Shown here in pieces: positions 37,278 to 46,970 of a stretch of 64,000 nt of DNA. The notes beneath the pieces were generated by a model, which saw nothing but the letters and a program-made list of their open reading frames with translations, did not search any database and had not been told where the DNA came from. The position numbers and the translations under genes are program-made. Within the stretch, counting starts at the first letter, position 1; every line of letters starts with the position of its first letter. This DNA comes from an uncultured bacterium (GTDB lineage: Bacteria; Armatimonadota; HRBIN16): the NCBI GenBank assembly GCA_964579145.1, contig CAZOGB010000001.1, positions 12,573 to 76,572 of the forward strand, given 5' to 3'.

Positions 37278-38672
37278 GCTGAAGTTGAGCGCAACCGAAC
37301 CCGTCAGGTTCACGCCGGGTATCACCTGGCGCAGCCAGTGCGACGCCTTCGCGGACACATCGAACGTGCCGCTGAGCGAGGTGGCGAACTCGTATGCTCC
37401 TGTGCTATCGAGGTTGACCACGTGTGTTTCGACGGGGGTAGTCTCGCCCGGGTTGCGGATTTCAATGGTCACAGGAATCTGCGCGGGGTCGCCACCATAG
37501 TCACCAAGCGTCACCGTCCCACTGACCGTGTTCAGAGGCACAATCTCCAGCACATCCAGCCGGTCAATAGTACCCGCCGGAGAGGCGGGCGCTTGTCCAC
37601 TTACCACAAACAGCAGTAACCTGCCGTCTCCGGTGATGTGGTATGTCGCGTTGATGAGGTTGTGCCCGAACTTTGCCACCTCCAGCCCGTCTTCGGTAAT
37701 GCCGCTACCGTCCCACTGCAGAATCTCCTGACCGCTGGGGTCGATGAAGGTGAGTTTGAAGGTCGTCGGGTCGGGCGGGCTGGTTGGAGTGCGGAAGTTA
37801 TACACCAGGAAGTCACTCAGCGCAGGGTTCGCCAGCGAGGCGGGCACATAGGTTACGGTGCACTCCTGAAAGTTGCCCGCATCGAATGGCGTGATACGCA
37901 CGGCATCCGCGAAGGTGTTCACGCCGGTTCGCACTGCCTTGAAGATACCGTCGTTGGCATCGCCGGAGGCGCGATACATGTACAGGTCCCCATTGGGCGC
38001 AAAGGTAATGTCGCGCAGATAGGTCGGCACGATGACGTTGCTGGAGCCAACGGGCATGCCTGTAGCGAGGGACACGTTTCGAATCGGCTGAGCTGTAGTC
38101 AGGTGCAGAGTACCCACTGCCAGTGATGGACCAGAACCACCGTAGCCTGGGTCAACGGCGATGGTATCGTAGCGACCTACTCCCAGCTCCGCCAGCGACA
38201 GCAGTCCGTCCCCCGACCAGAACTCGTCCACCATGCCGTAAGTGTTCATGCGGAGAATCTGGGTATCGGGGTTGGTACCGTGCCCCAGTCCGAAGCCGGC
38301 ATACAGGAAGCCGCCATAGTACAGGATGCGGGTGTCGCGCCCGATACCAGGTGCCGCTGTGCTGTAAATCCTGGTGACACCGGCGCCGTAGTTTAGCGTT
38401 CCGCTCGGACGGTTCAGCAGGTTGTCGATGCGCACAATGCCCACCGGTCCTGTTCCTGACTGCGAGCGGAACCCGGCGACGTAGGCGTTGGCACCATCAA
38501 AAGCGACGTCAATGGCGGCATCGCCACATCCTCCAGCACTGCCGTCAAAGATACTGGAGATGTTGTAACTGCGCAGGAACTTGAGTTGTAGCTGGGCGTG
38601 CGCGGGGAGGGCAACACTCAACAGCGATGCGGCAAAGCACACCAGCGAAACGAGAGACAGAATACGCTTCAT
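37086..38672 (-). CDS. Secreted protein with Ig-like domain and C-terminal dockerin-like module
   Basis: A signal peptide (MKRILSLVSLVCFAASLLSVALPAHA) is present at ATG 38672, with an AAGGGGG RBS. The C-terminal roughly 130 aa are homologous to the C-terminus of the 30810-32159 protein (DIDGDNEVTLFDFGALVAAFG; DLDGDQEVTLFDFGVLLRNFG). Confidence 0.65.
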   Translation of the reverse strand: MKRILSLVSLVCFAASLLSVALPAHAQLQLKFLRSYNISSIFDGSAGGCGDAAIDVAFDGANAYVAGFRSQSGTGPVGIVRIDNLLNRPSGTLNYGAGVTRIYSTAAPGIGRDTRILYYGGFLYAGFGLGHGTNPDTQILRMNTYGMVDEFWSGDGLLSLAELGVGRYDTIAVDPGYGGSGPSLAVGTLHLTTAQPIRNVSLATGMPVGSSNVIVPTYLRDITFAPNGDLYMYRASGDANDGIFKAVRTGVNTFADAVRITPFDAGNFQECTVTYVPASLANPALSDFLVYNFRTPTSPPDPTTFKLTFIDPSGQEILQWDGSGITEDGLEVAKFGHNLINATYHITGDGRLLLFVVSGQAPASPAGTIDRLDVLEIVPLNTVSGTVTLGDYGGDPAQIPVTIEIRNPGETTPVETHVVNLDSTGAYEFATSLSGTFDVSAKASHWLRQVIPGVNLTGSVALNFSLTNGDIDGDNEVTLFDFGALVAAFGSMPGDSNWNPDADLDGDQEVTLFDFGVLLRNFGAIGDE

Positions 38673-38878
38673 GGTGAAGACCCCCTTTCGTTTGGATGCC
38701 ATCGTTATATAATGGTATGTACCATCATTATAACGCGAATAACAAATCCTGTCCAGCATTTATGCAAGGAAGGTCATGAAAAATCACGAAGCAACTTTTA
38801 ACCACCTGCCCTCTGCACACGTCCTTCCAAATCGGGTAAGATAGCGTGTGTAAGGCTTGACGGAGGATGAGAGCAAGG

Positions 38879-40618
38879 ATGTTCTGGCGTTTGCTGGGCT
38901 TGATGCGCCCGTACCTGTTACCCATCATTATCGGCTTCACCTGTCTGGTGCTAGCGACCCCGGCACAGATGTTCCCTCCGCTCGTGTGGAAGTATGTGGT
39001 GGACGAGGTCATCATGAACCGCAAGGTCGAACACCTGCTTCCAGCGATGCTGGTGATGCTGGCGGTGCATCTGATAGGCATGGGGCTGTCGGCGGCACGC
39101 ACCTATCTGCTGGGCGTGGCAGGACAGCGTTTTGTGGCGGATTTGCGCAATCGCCTGCACGAGAAGCTGATGCGCCAGTCGGTGCGCTATCATCACGACC
39201 GCAAGAGCGGCGACCTGATGGCGCGTGTGATCGGTGACGTGGACACCCTGCAAGAAGTGGTGATTAACGGCGTGGACAACATCCTGGGCAATGCGCTGAG
39301 CCTGATATGGGTGGCAGGCATTATTGTGTGGCTGAACTGGAAGGTTGGCACGCTCACGCTGTTGCCGCTGGCGGTGGTGGCGGTGATGGTGTGGTTTTTC
39401 AATCTGCGCGTCAAAGGACTGTACCGCGCCATCCGTGACCGGCTGGGGGACGTATCTGCCAAACTGCAGGAGAACCTGCTGGGCGTATTGGTTATCAAAG
39501 CCTTCGCACGAGAGGCATACGAGCAGGAACGCTACCAGCAGGTGAACGCCGAGTACACCACCACCAGCCTGAAGGGCGTAAAGGTGCGCTCGGTGTACTT
39601 CCCGGGCGTGATGACCGTCGGCTTCCTGAGCAACATCGCGATGATTGGTGCTGGTGCGTACTTCGTGCTGCGCGGCGAGTTCACCATCGGCGGGCTGGTA
39701 GCGTATCGCGGTTACTGGTGGCAGCTGTTCGCACCCGTGTTCTCGCTGGCGCAGGTGAACGAGATGATACAGCGGGCGATTGCCGCCGCCTCGCGCGTGT
39801 TTGAGGTGCTGGATGCCCCCGAAGAGGTAACCGATGCTCCCGACGCCATCGCACTCGACAGCCTGCAGGGGCATATCTGCTTCGACCGGGTGCACTTTGC
39901 CTATCATCCCGACCGCCCCATCCTGCAGGATGTTTCGTTTGAGGTTCTGCCCGGACAGCGCATCGGCATTGTGGGACCGAGCGGTACCGGTAAGACCACC
40001 ATCCTCAACCTGATGTTGCGTCTTTACGACCCGCAGGAGGGGGTCATCAGCTTAGACGGATACGACCTGCGCCACCTGCAACAGCAGGCGTTTCGCCGGC
40101 ACATCGCACTGGTCACACAGGAGCCGTTCCTTTTCAACGATACCGTGCGTCATAATATTCTCTTCGGCAGGCTGGATGCCACCGACGAGGAGATAGAGAC
40201 CGCTGCCCGCCTGGCCAATGCCCACGATTTCATCTCCGACCTGCCCCAGGGCTACGATACCCTGGTGGGTGAGCGTGGCGTGAAGCTATCCGGCGGGCAA
40301 AAGCAGCGCATCTGCATTGCACGCGCCTTCCTTGCCAACCCCAGGGTGCTCCTGCTGGACGAGGCGACCGCTTCCGTGGAACCTGAATCCGAAGCGCTCA
40401 TTCAGGCCGCGCTGGAGCGACTGATGCAGGGGCGCACAACCGTCATCGTGACGCATCGCCTCTCGCTGGTGCGCGACTGCGACCGCATTCTGGTGATCGA
40501 CGAGGGGCGGGTGATCGAGTCGGGTACGCACCAGGACCTGCTGGAAAACGACGGCTGGTACGCGCGCATGTATCGCCTGCAGATGGAGGGCGGCGCGCTG
40601 GTGGATATGCTGGATTAG
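38879..40618 (+). CDS. ABC transporter permease/ATP-binding protein (MsbA-like exporter)
   Basis: Six TM segments are followed by Walker A (GPSGTGKTT), the signature LSGGQKQRICIARAF and Walker B (LLLDEATAS). The start is likely the second ATG at 38879; the first ATG at 38867 directly abuts GGAGG. Confidence 0.9.
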   Translation: MFWRLLGLMRPYLLPIIIGFTCLVLATPAQMFPPLVWKYVVDEVIMNRKVEHLLPAMLVMLAVHLIGMGLSAARTYLLGVAGQRFVADLRNRLHEKLMRQSVRYHHDRKSGDLMARVIGDVDTLQEVVINGVDNILGNALSLIWVAGIIVWLNWKVGTLTLLPLAVVAVMVWFFNLRVKGLYRAIRDRLGDVSAKLQENLLGVLVIKAFAREAYEQERYQQVNAEYTTTSLKGVKVRSVYFPGVMTVGFLSNIAMIGAGAYFVLRGEFTIGGLVAYRGYWWQLFAPVFSLAQVNEMIQRAIAAASRVFEVLDAPEEVTDAPDAIALDSLQGHICFDRVHFAYHPDRPILQDVSFEVLPGQRIGIVGPSGTGKTTILNLMLRLYDPQEGVISLDGYDLRHLQQQAFRRHIALVTQEPFLFNDTVRHNILFGRLDATDEEIETAARLANAHDFISDLPQGYDTLVGERGVKLSGGQKQRICIARAFLANPRVLLLDEATASVEPESEALIQAALERLMQGRTTVIVTHRLSLVRDCDRILVIDEGRVIESGTHQDLLENDGWYARMYRLQMEGGALVDMLD

Positions 40619-40648
40619 GTTGGAGGGCAGCAAGTGTTTTTGAGGGCA

Positions 40649-40919
40649 ACCTTGCGATGGGAAATCGCAGGCTACACTTGGCAAAACCTGTTGAAGCAGG
40701 TTTCCAGCCTCTGAAGGAGGCTTCGTGATGGGTAGCCCGCAACTTCCAGTTGCAGGGTTGCCTTCTCTTGCGCCCGCCTTGCGATGGGAAATGGCAGGCT
40801 ACACAAAACGAAACCTGCTGGCGCAGGTTAGGGTTGCTGAAGCAAGCTTCAGCACTCCAAGGGGGTTAGCCTCCGCAGGAGGCTTCGTGATGGGTAGCCC
40901 GCAACTTCTAGCTGCAGGG
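40649..40919. repeat. Tandem duplicated structured element (~127/162-nt units) in convergent intergenic region
   Basis: ccttgcgatgggaaatNgcaggctacac appears at 40650-40677 and 40777-40804. ggaggcttcgtgatgggtagcccgcaacttcYagYtgcaggg appears at 40716-40757 and 40878-40919. Internal hairpins (aacctg..caggtt; gctgaagcaagcttcagc) are present. Confidence 0.6.
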
Positions 40920-40938
40920 ATACATTCCGCCTTTAACC

Positions 40939-41358
40939 TTACTTCTTATCCTGCGTTTGTTGCGCTTTATCCCTGTCCGCAGGCGCGGATGCCAGCACCT
41001 CCACCTTGCCCTTGCTCACGTCTATCTCGTTGCGGTAGACGGCATAGCCGACGCGCTTCTCCACCGCAAATTTGCCCGTCACCCGGACTTTGTCGCCGTT
41101 CTTCACGCTTGCCTTGCCATAGCTGAAGACGCTGATGGTCTGCTTGCCCTCGCCAATCTTGAAGTTGTAGTAAGGGTTGCCCCTCTTGCTGACTTTTTCC
41201 TTCAGGTCGCGCACGATGCCGACCAACACCACCTGTTTGCCGTCGTATTTTTTGCCGTCGGTCAGCAACGCCTGTACGGTCACCTGTTCCTGTGCCCACA
41301 GAGCGGCGCACAGCACCAGCAGGGTGAAGGAATACAAAGCTCTCGTCGTCCAGCGCAT
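40939..41358 (-). CDS. Secreted OB-fold (BOF/YgiW-like) protein, hypothetical
   Basis: The 139-aa ORF has a signal peptide. Its beta-rich, K-rich body resembles the YgiW/DUF388 OB-fold family; this is a weak call. Confidence 0.45.
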   Translation of the reverse strand: MRWTTRALYSFTLLVLCAALWAQEQVTVQALLTDGKKYDGKQVVLVGIVRDLKEKVSKRGNPYYNFKIGEGKQTISVFSYGKASVKNGDKVRVTGKFAVEKRVGYAVYRNEIDVSKGKVEVLASAPADRDKAQQTQDKK

Positions 41359-41502
41359 GTCAGTGTACCTCTCTCCACTAATGGTTACTCCGATTGTAGC
41401 GGAAGCGGGCGGATGGCGTCAACCCGTTGGCTGATGGGCTTGACAGCATCCCCCTGCATCGGGCACACTATGGATAGCAAGTGAAAAAGGTGAACACTGC
41501 CC

Positions 41503-42195
41503 GTGCGAGACCATCCGGTCGTCAGCATCATTATCCCGGCGTATAACGAAGCCGATACCATTGTGCAGGCGATTGAGCGTGTGCGCGCAGTCCCCCTGCA
41601 GAAGGAGATTCTGGTGGTGGACGACGGCTCCACCGACGCCACACCACAACTGCTGGCTGAACAGCCCGACCTGGTGGTGCTACGCCACGAACGGAATCTG
41701 GGCAAAGGCATGGCCATCCGCACCGCCATCGCGCACGCGACGGGGGATATTATCATCATTCAGGATGCCGACCTGGAGTACGACCCGATGGACATCCCGC
41801 GCGTGATTGCTCCCATCGCCGAAGGCAAGGCAGACGTGGTATACGGCTCACGCTTCCTCACCGCTCGTCGCCCGAAGGGGATGCGCCTGCCCAACTACCT
41901 GATTAACCGGCTGCTGGCGGCGATGGTGCGCTGGCTCTACTGGCATCCGCTGACCGACGAAGCCACCTGCTACAAAGCCTTCCGGGCAGATCTGCTGAAG
42001 AGCGTGCCGCTCACCTGCCGACGATTCGAATTCTGCCCAGAGGTCACCGCCAAGGTCATCCGCCGCGGCGTGCGCATCATGGAAGTGCCTATTCACTACG
42101 AGGCTCGCACCTCCCTGCAGGGCAAGAAAATCCGCTGGTGGGATGGCGTCGAAGCCATCTGGACGCTCATCAAGTGGCGCTTCAAACGGTTTTAG
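41503..42195 (+). CDS. Glycosyltransferase family 2 (polyprenol-phosphate glycosyltransferase-like)
   Basis: [24 protein letters not shown] and [10 protein letters not shown] are present. Confidence 0.85.
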   Translation: MRDHPVVSIIIPAYNEADTIVQAIERVRAVPLQKEILVVDDGSTDATPQLLAEQPDLVVLRHERNLGKGMAIRTAIAHATGDIIIIQDADLEYDPMDIPRVIAPIAEGKADVVYGSRFLTARRPKGMRLPNYLINRLLAAMVRWLYWHPLTDEATCYKAFRADLLKSVPLTCRRFEFCPEVTAKVIRRGVRIMEVPIHYEARTSLQGKKIRWWDGVEAIWTLIKWRFKRF

Positions 42196-44522
42196 CCGCC
42201 CGACAGGGTTACCTGCACCTCCCGCACGCCCTCCTGCGGAACCAGGCGGATGTCGTTGCCGTTGGCTTGAACCGTTGCTCCGGTCGCCTCGCGCACGTCG
42301 CCGGTATTGCGCAGGAGTATCTGCCAGCGGCGCGTGTCGCCTTCCGCACGGAACACAAGCCTCTCCCCTTCGCGCCGGGTGTGCAGAACCATCGCCGGGC
42401 GTCCCTGCAGGTCGGGCACGGTGGTGCGCACACCCGCGCCGTCCGCCAGTTCGAACACGTGGAAGGTCACCCCGTCGGCATATTCGTAATCGGGGCGGTT
42501 GTCCACCGCTCCCATCGGCAGGACGGTGTTAGGGCGCACCATCAGCGGCAGGCTCAGGAAGCCATGCTGTTCGCGTACCCATCGCCCTCCTTCCACCACC
42601 TGCCCACTGAGCAGGTTCGTCCAGCGCCCTGTGGGCAGATAGTAGTCCACCACGCCCTCGGGCGAGAAGACGGGCGCCACCAGTAAGGCATCGCCCAGCA
42701 TGTACTGCCGGTCCAGCGTGTCACAGCCCGGGTCATCAGGGAACTCCACAAACATCGCACGCATCATCGGAATGCCCTGCTCATGCGCCTCGCACGCTTT
42801 GGCAAACAGGTAGGGCATCAGACGGCACTTGAGGCGCGTGAAAAAGCGCAGGACATCCACCGCCTCCTCGTCAAACAGCCAGGGCACGCGATAGGAACTG
42901 CTTCCATGCAGGCGACTGTGCGTGGAGAGCAGTCCAAACGCGCACCAGCGTTTATACAGGTCGGCAGGGGCAGTGTCCACAAAGCCTCCGATGTCGTGGC
43001 TCCAGAAGCCGAACCCACACAGGCTCAGCGACAGGCCGCCGCGCAGGCTCTCCGCCATCGATTCGTAGGTGGCGGTGCAATCGCCGCCCCAGTGCACGGG
43101 GAACCTCTGTCCGCCGGAGGTTGCTGAACGCGCGAACAGCACCACATCCCCTTCGCCTCGCACCTCGGTCAGCAGGTCATGCACCGTTCGGTTGTAAAGG
43201 TAGGAGTAGAAGTTGTGCATACGCACGGGGTCGGAGCCGTCGTGATATACCACGTCGGTGGGGATGCGCTCGCCGAAGTCGGTTTTGAAGCAGTCCACCC
43301 CTATCTCCAAAAGTCGGCGCAGTTTGCTCTTGAACCACTCTCGCGCGTCGGGGTTGGTGAAGTCCACAATGCCCATGCCCGCCTGCCAGAGGTCGGTCTG
43401 CCACACGCTGCCGTCGGGGCGTTTGAGCAGGTAGCCGTTCGCCATGCCCTCTCTAAACAAATGCGAACGCTGGGCGATATAGGGGTTTATCCATACGCAG
43501 ATATGCAGTCCGCGCTCCTTCAGTCGCTTCAGCATCCCCTCCGGGTCGGGAAAGACGCGCCGGTCCCACTCGAAATCACACCAGTGGAACTCGCGCATCC
43601 AGAAGCAATCAAAATGGAACACGCTGAGCGGGATATTGCGCTCTGCCATGCCGTTGATGAAGTGTGTCACCGTCTGTTCATCGTAATCGGTGGTAAAGGA
43701 GGTACTCAGCCACAGTCCGAACGACCACGCTGGCGGCAGGGCGGGGCGACCGGTCAGCGCGGTGTATCGGCTGATGACCTCTTTGGGAGTGGGACCATAA
43801 ATCACGAAGAACTCCAGCCGCTCGCCGGGCACGCTGAACTGCACCCTCTGCACCAGTTCTGAAGCCACCTCGAACGAGACCTTTTCGGGATGCGCCACAA
43901 ACACGCCATAGCCCCGATTGGTCAGGTAGAAGGGGATGTTCTTGTAGGCGATTTCGGTGGCGGTGCCGCCGTCCTCGTTCCACATCTCCACAACCTGCCC
44001 GTTCTTCACAAAGGGCGTAAACCGTTCGCCCAGCCCATATACGCACTCGCCCACGCTCAGCCCCACCTGCGCCATCATGAAGCGTCCCTCTGGAGTATCC
44101 ATATAGCCGATACTTTTCGCGCCGCAGTCGGTAATGCGCCGCGCGCCGTGCAGGAACTCCATCGTCCAGCCGCCCTCGGTGGCGATGCGGGCGGTCAGGT
44201 CGCCCGTGGTGAAGGTGACGTATCCACCCTCCTGCTCGATGCGCACCGGAGGCGCAGGGTGCTCCTGCAGGTCAAAGTGCGGCGGTCGCGCGGGAGTGCC
44301 TTGGTGGTGTTCTATCTGCACGCGAATCACGTTCGAGAGGGGCGAGCTCAGGCGTATCGTCAGCAGAGGATTATCCAGTGTGCCTGCGCGGTTGTTCACC
44401 CATCCTCCCGCTGGCGCATACAGGGTGAGCGTTTGCCCATCGTATTCGACATCGTAAACATGCAGGGCGTAGTGCGGAGTAACGCCCTCGCGCATCAGCC
44501 AGACGCCTCTGGTGAACTTCAT
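42192..44522 (-). CDS. GH31 family alpha-xylosidase/alpha-glucosidase (YicI-like)
   Basis: The N-terminus [14 protein letters not shown] resembles E. coli YicI (MKISDGNWL). GH31 catalytic regions (WIDMNE-like, [10 protein letters not shown]) are present across 776 aa. Confidence 0.85.
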   Translation of the reverse strand: MKFTRGVWLMREGVTPHYALHVYDVEYDGQTLTLYAPAGGWVNNRAGTLDNPLLTIRLSSPLSNVIRVQIEHHQGTPARPPHFDLQEHPAPPVRIEQEGGYVTFTTGDLTARIATEGGWTMEFLHGARRITDCGAKSIGYMDTPEGRFMMAQVGLSVGECVYGLGERFTPFVKNGQVVEMWNEDGGTATEIAYKNIPFYLTNRGYGVFVAHPEKVSFEVASELVQRVQFSVPGERLEFFVIYGPTPKEVISRYTALTGRPALPPAWSFGLWLSTSFTTDYDEQTVTHFINGMAERNIPLSVFHFDCFWMREFHWCDFEWDRRVFPDPEGMLKRLKERGLHICVWINPYIAQRSHLFREGMANGYLLKRPDGSVWQTDLWQAGMGIVDFTNPDAREWFKSKLRRLLEIGVDCFKTDFGERIPTDVVYHDGSDPVRMHNFYSYLYNRTVHDLLTEVRGEGDVVLFARSATSGGQRFPVHWGGDCTATYESMAESLRGGLSLSLCGFGFWSHDIGGFVDTAPADLYKRWCAFGLLSTHSRLHGSSSYRVPWLFDEEAVDVLRFFTRLKCRLMPYLFAKACEAHEQGIPMMRAMFVEFPDDPGCDTLDRQYMLGDALLVAPVFSPEGVVDYYLPTGRWTNLLSGQVVEGGRWVREQHGFLSLPLMVRPNTVLPMGAVDNRPDYEYADGVTFHVFELADGAGVRTTVPDLQGRPAMVLHTRREGERLVFRAEGDTRRWQILLRNTGDVREATGATVQANGNDIRLVPQEGVREVQVTLSGG

Positions 44523-44648
44523 CGCTACCTCCTCCCGCAGTGATGATTAGCCTGATGCCGCGCGCCCTCCTGCCCGAGCGCGGGAATTGCCTGCAGTACC
44601 CGTATCTGATATAATCTCATCGTACCGACAGCCGAGGGGGGAGACAAG

Positions 44649-46094
44649 ATGGTGCTTCGGTGGACAGGTATCCTGTTTTTCATAGCGCTTACTGCGCTTG
44701 TGGCGTTTGCGGACGAAGCGGATGACCTGCTCTCTGCGGGCGTCAAACAGTATCAGGCGGGTAACCTCTCACAGGCTATCCAGACGCTGGAAAGTGCACA
44801 GCAGAAATCTCCCAACCACAAAGGGGTGTTGCAGTGGCTGGGCTTTCTGTACCTGCGGGCGGGCAGGGCAGCAGATGCAGTGCCTGTGCTGGAACGACTG
44901 GTGCAGCTGTCCCCGAACGACCCACAGGCGCACAACAACCTGGGCAATGCCTATCTGCATACCGGTCAGGTGGACAGGGCGGTGACGGAGTATCGTGTGG
45001 TTGTTAAGCTGAAGCCCGACTTTGCCGACGCCCATTACAACCTGGCGAACATCCTGATGAAGCAGGGCAAGTTGAACGAGGCAATCGCCGCCTTTCAGAC
45101 CGCCGCGCGGTTGACCCCCCAGGATGCCTACACATGGAACAATCTTGGCGTTGCGCTGATGCAGGCGGGTCGCCCCCAGGAAGCGGTGGAAGCCTATCGC
45201 AAGGCGACCACCATTGAACCCAAAAACGCGCAGATGTGGACGAATCTGGGGCTGGCACTGCACGCAGCGGGCAACCTGCGCCATGCGGAGTCGGCATTTC
45301 TGAAGGCGCTGGCGATAGATGCCAGGCTGTTCCCAGCGGTGCTCGGTCTGGCGCAAACCTACGCCTCGCAGGGACAGGACGCCAAAGCCGTTCAGCTATT
45401 CCAGCGTGCCGTATCCATGCAGAACGATTCGTTCGTGGCGCATTATAACCTGGGAGTGCTGTACGCTCGCGCGAATAACCCGGCAGAGGCTGAAAAGGCG
45501 TTTCGTCGTGCGCTGGAGATCCAGCCGAATCATCATGATGCGCTGATGGCGCTGGCTTCACTGTACCAGAAAGAAGGGCGTCTGGCTGAGGCAGAGAGTG
45601 CGTACCGCACGCTGGTGGAAGCCTATCCCAGGGACACTGAAGGCTGGTGGCAGCTGGGCGCGGTGCTGGTGCTGTCAAACAAGAACGAGGAGGCGGTGCA
45701 GGCGTGGGAGAAGCTGCTCGCGCTGTCGCCCCAGCACCTGAAAGGGCGGATTGCTCTGGCGAACCTGCTCTATCGGCTGAACCGGGATACCGAAGCGGAG
45801 GAACACTACAAACTTGCGCTCAAACAGGACTCACGCAATGTGGAGGCATTGAACGGGCTGGGACTGGTGTGTGACCGCCAGGGGCGACTGGAAGAGGCGG
45901 AAAACTACCTGAAGCAAGCCATTGCCGTCAATCCCAACTACGCCTTCGCGCACAATAATCTCGGCGTGGTATACGAGAAGATGGGCAAAAAGAACGAAGC
46001 CATTGAATGTTATCGGCGGGCGCTGCGCATCAACCCCAACTATACGGACGCCAAAAACAATCTCCAGCGCTTCACACGGGGCGCGACCCCTTAA
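44649..46094 (+). CDS. Tetratricopeptide repeat (TPR) protein with signal peptide
   Basis: The 481-aa ORF has more than 12 TPR units (AxxxYxxAL..P). The N-terminal signal-like segment is MVLRWTGILFFIALTALVAFA. Confidence 0.75.
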   Translation: MVLRWTGILFFIALTALVAFADEADDLLSAGVKQYQAGNLSQAIQTLESAQQKSPNHKGVLQWLGFLYLRAGRAADAVPVLERLVQLSPNDPQAHNNLGNAYLHTGQVDRAVTEYRVVVKLKPDFADAHYNLANILMKQGKLNEAIAAFQTAARLTPQDAYTWNNLGVALMQAGRPQEAVEAYRKATTIEPKNAQMWTNLGLALHAAGNLRHAESAFLKALAIDARLFPAVLGLAQTYASQGQDAKAVQLFQRAVSMQNDSFVAHYNLGVLYARANNPAEAEKAFRRALEIQPNHHDALMALASLYQKEGRLAEAESAYRTLVEAYPRDTEGWWQLGAVLVLSNKNEEAVQAWEKLLALSPQHLKGRIALANLLYRLNRDTEAEEHYKLALKQDSRNVEALNGLGLVCDRQGRLEEAENYLKQAIAVNPNYAFAHNNLGVVYEKMGKKNEAIECYRRALRINPNYTDAKNNLQRFTRGATP

Positions 46095-46101
46095 GCCAGC
46101 A

Positions 46102-46968
46102 ATGATAGAGCGTGTCGGACTGATAGTGCACACAGACAAACCCGACGCCCTGCGTTTCACCCGCGAGGCGGTGGAATGGCTTCAGGAGAACGGGCTTCAG
46201 GTTTACCTCGAACCCGAAATCGCCAACGCGCTGGAGATGCCCCGCTACCTGTGCGATGAAGCCACCCTCTGCGAAGCCGACCTGTTGATTGCCGTCGGCG
46301 GGGATGGAACCATCCTGCGGGCGAGCCACCTTGCCGCTCCTCGCGCGATACCTATCTTGGGGGTGCACCTGGGACGGTTCGGCTTCATTGCGCAAATCAA
46401 GCCCGATGAACTACATACGGCTATCGCGCGCGTGCAAGCGGGGGATTACACGGTGGAACGGCGTCTGATGGTGCGCGCGTCGGTATTTCGCGAGGGGGAG
46501 CAAATCTGCAGTGCGCTTGCGCTCAACGATGTGGTGGTTACCAAAGGCGCGGTAGCACGCATGATTACCCTGCAGACCTTTGTGAACGATACGTTCCTTG
46601 CCACCTACACGGCGGATGGGGTGGTGGTGGCAACGCCGACGGGTTCCACTGCCTATTCCCTTTCCGCGGGGGGAGCCATTGTGGACCCTGCCTGCGACGT
46701 ACTCCTGCTGACGCCAATCTGTGCGCACACGCTCAGCGCACGCCCGCTGGTACTGCCTGCGGACAAACGGGTGAAAGTGGTGGTGACCGCTGACGATGGC
46801 GACTTTCATCTGCAGGCAGATGGCGGCGATACGGTGCGTCTGCGCTCCGGGGATGCGGTGCATGTGTCGCGAGCGGAAGAGCGCACGCACCTGATTGTGT
46901 TCGATCCCGATGAGTTCTACACTAAACTGCGTGACCGCCTGCTGTGGGGTGAAAGGGTGAACGTGTAG
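46102..46968 (+). CDS. nadK: NAD(+) kinase
   Basis: GGDGTILRA and NDVVV/TPTGSTAYSLSAGG are present. The ATG at 46102 is chosen because the ORF-track extension overlaps the TPR gene. The conserved nadK-recN gene order supports the call. Confidence 0.9.
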   Translation: MIERVGLIVHTDKPDALRFTREAVEWLQENGLQVYLEPEIANALEMPRYLCDEATLCEADLLIAVGGDGTILRASHLAAPRAIPILGVHLGRFGFIAQIKPDELHTAIARVQAGDYTVERRLMVRASVFREGEQICSALALNDVVVTKGAVARMITLQTFVNDTFLATYTADGVVVATPTGSTAYSLSAGGAIVDPACDVLLLTPICAHTLSARPLVLPADKRVKVVVTADDGDFHLQADGGDTVRLRSGDAVHVSRAEERTHLIVFDPDEFYTKLRDRLLWGERVNV

Positions 46969-46970
46969 CG

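Noticed and set aside
40725-41126. 133-aa ORF starting at GGAGG-N6-GTGATG inside the tandem repeat
   Set aside because: It runs through both repeat copies and far into the opposite-strand OB-fold gene. Its composition is Pro/Ser/Arg-rich. It is more consistent with a structured non-coding repeat.
42192-42195. Convergent GT2/GH31 stop-codon overlap (TTTAG) as a regulatory feature
   Set aside because: This is a 2-nt tail-to-tail overlap and is common in compact genomes. It is noted only as evidence of tight packing.
45922-46101. N-terminal extension of nadK overlapping the TPR gene
   Set aside because: The extension is R/T/P-rich and overlaps the upstream gene. ATG 46102 starts a canonical NadK.
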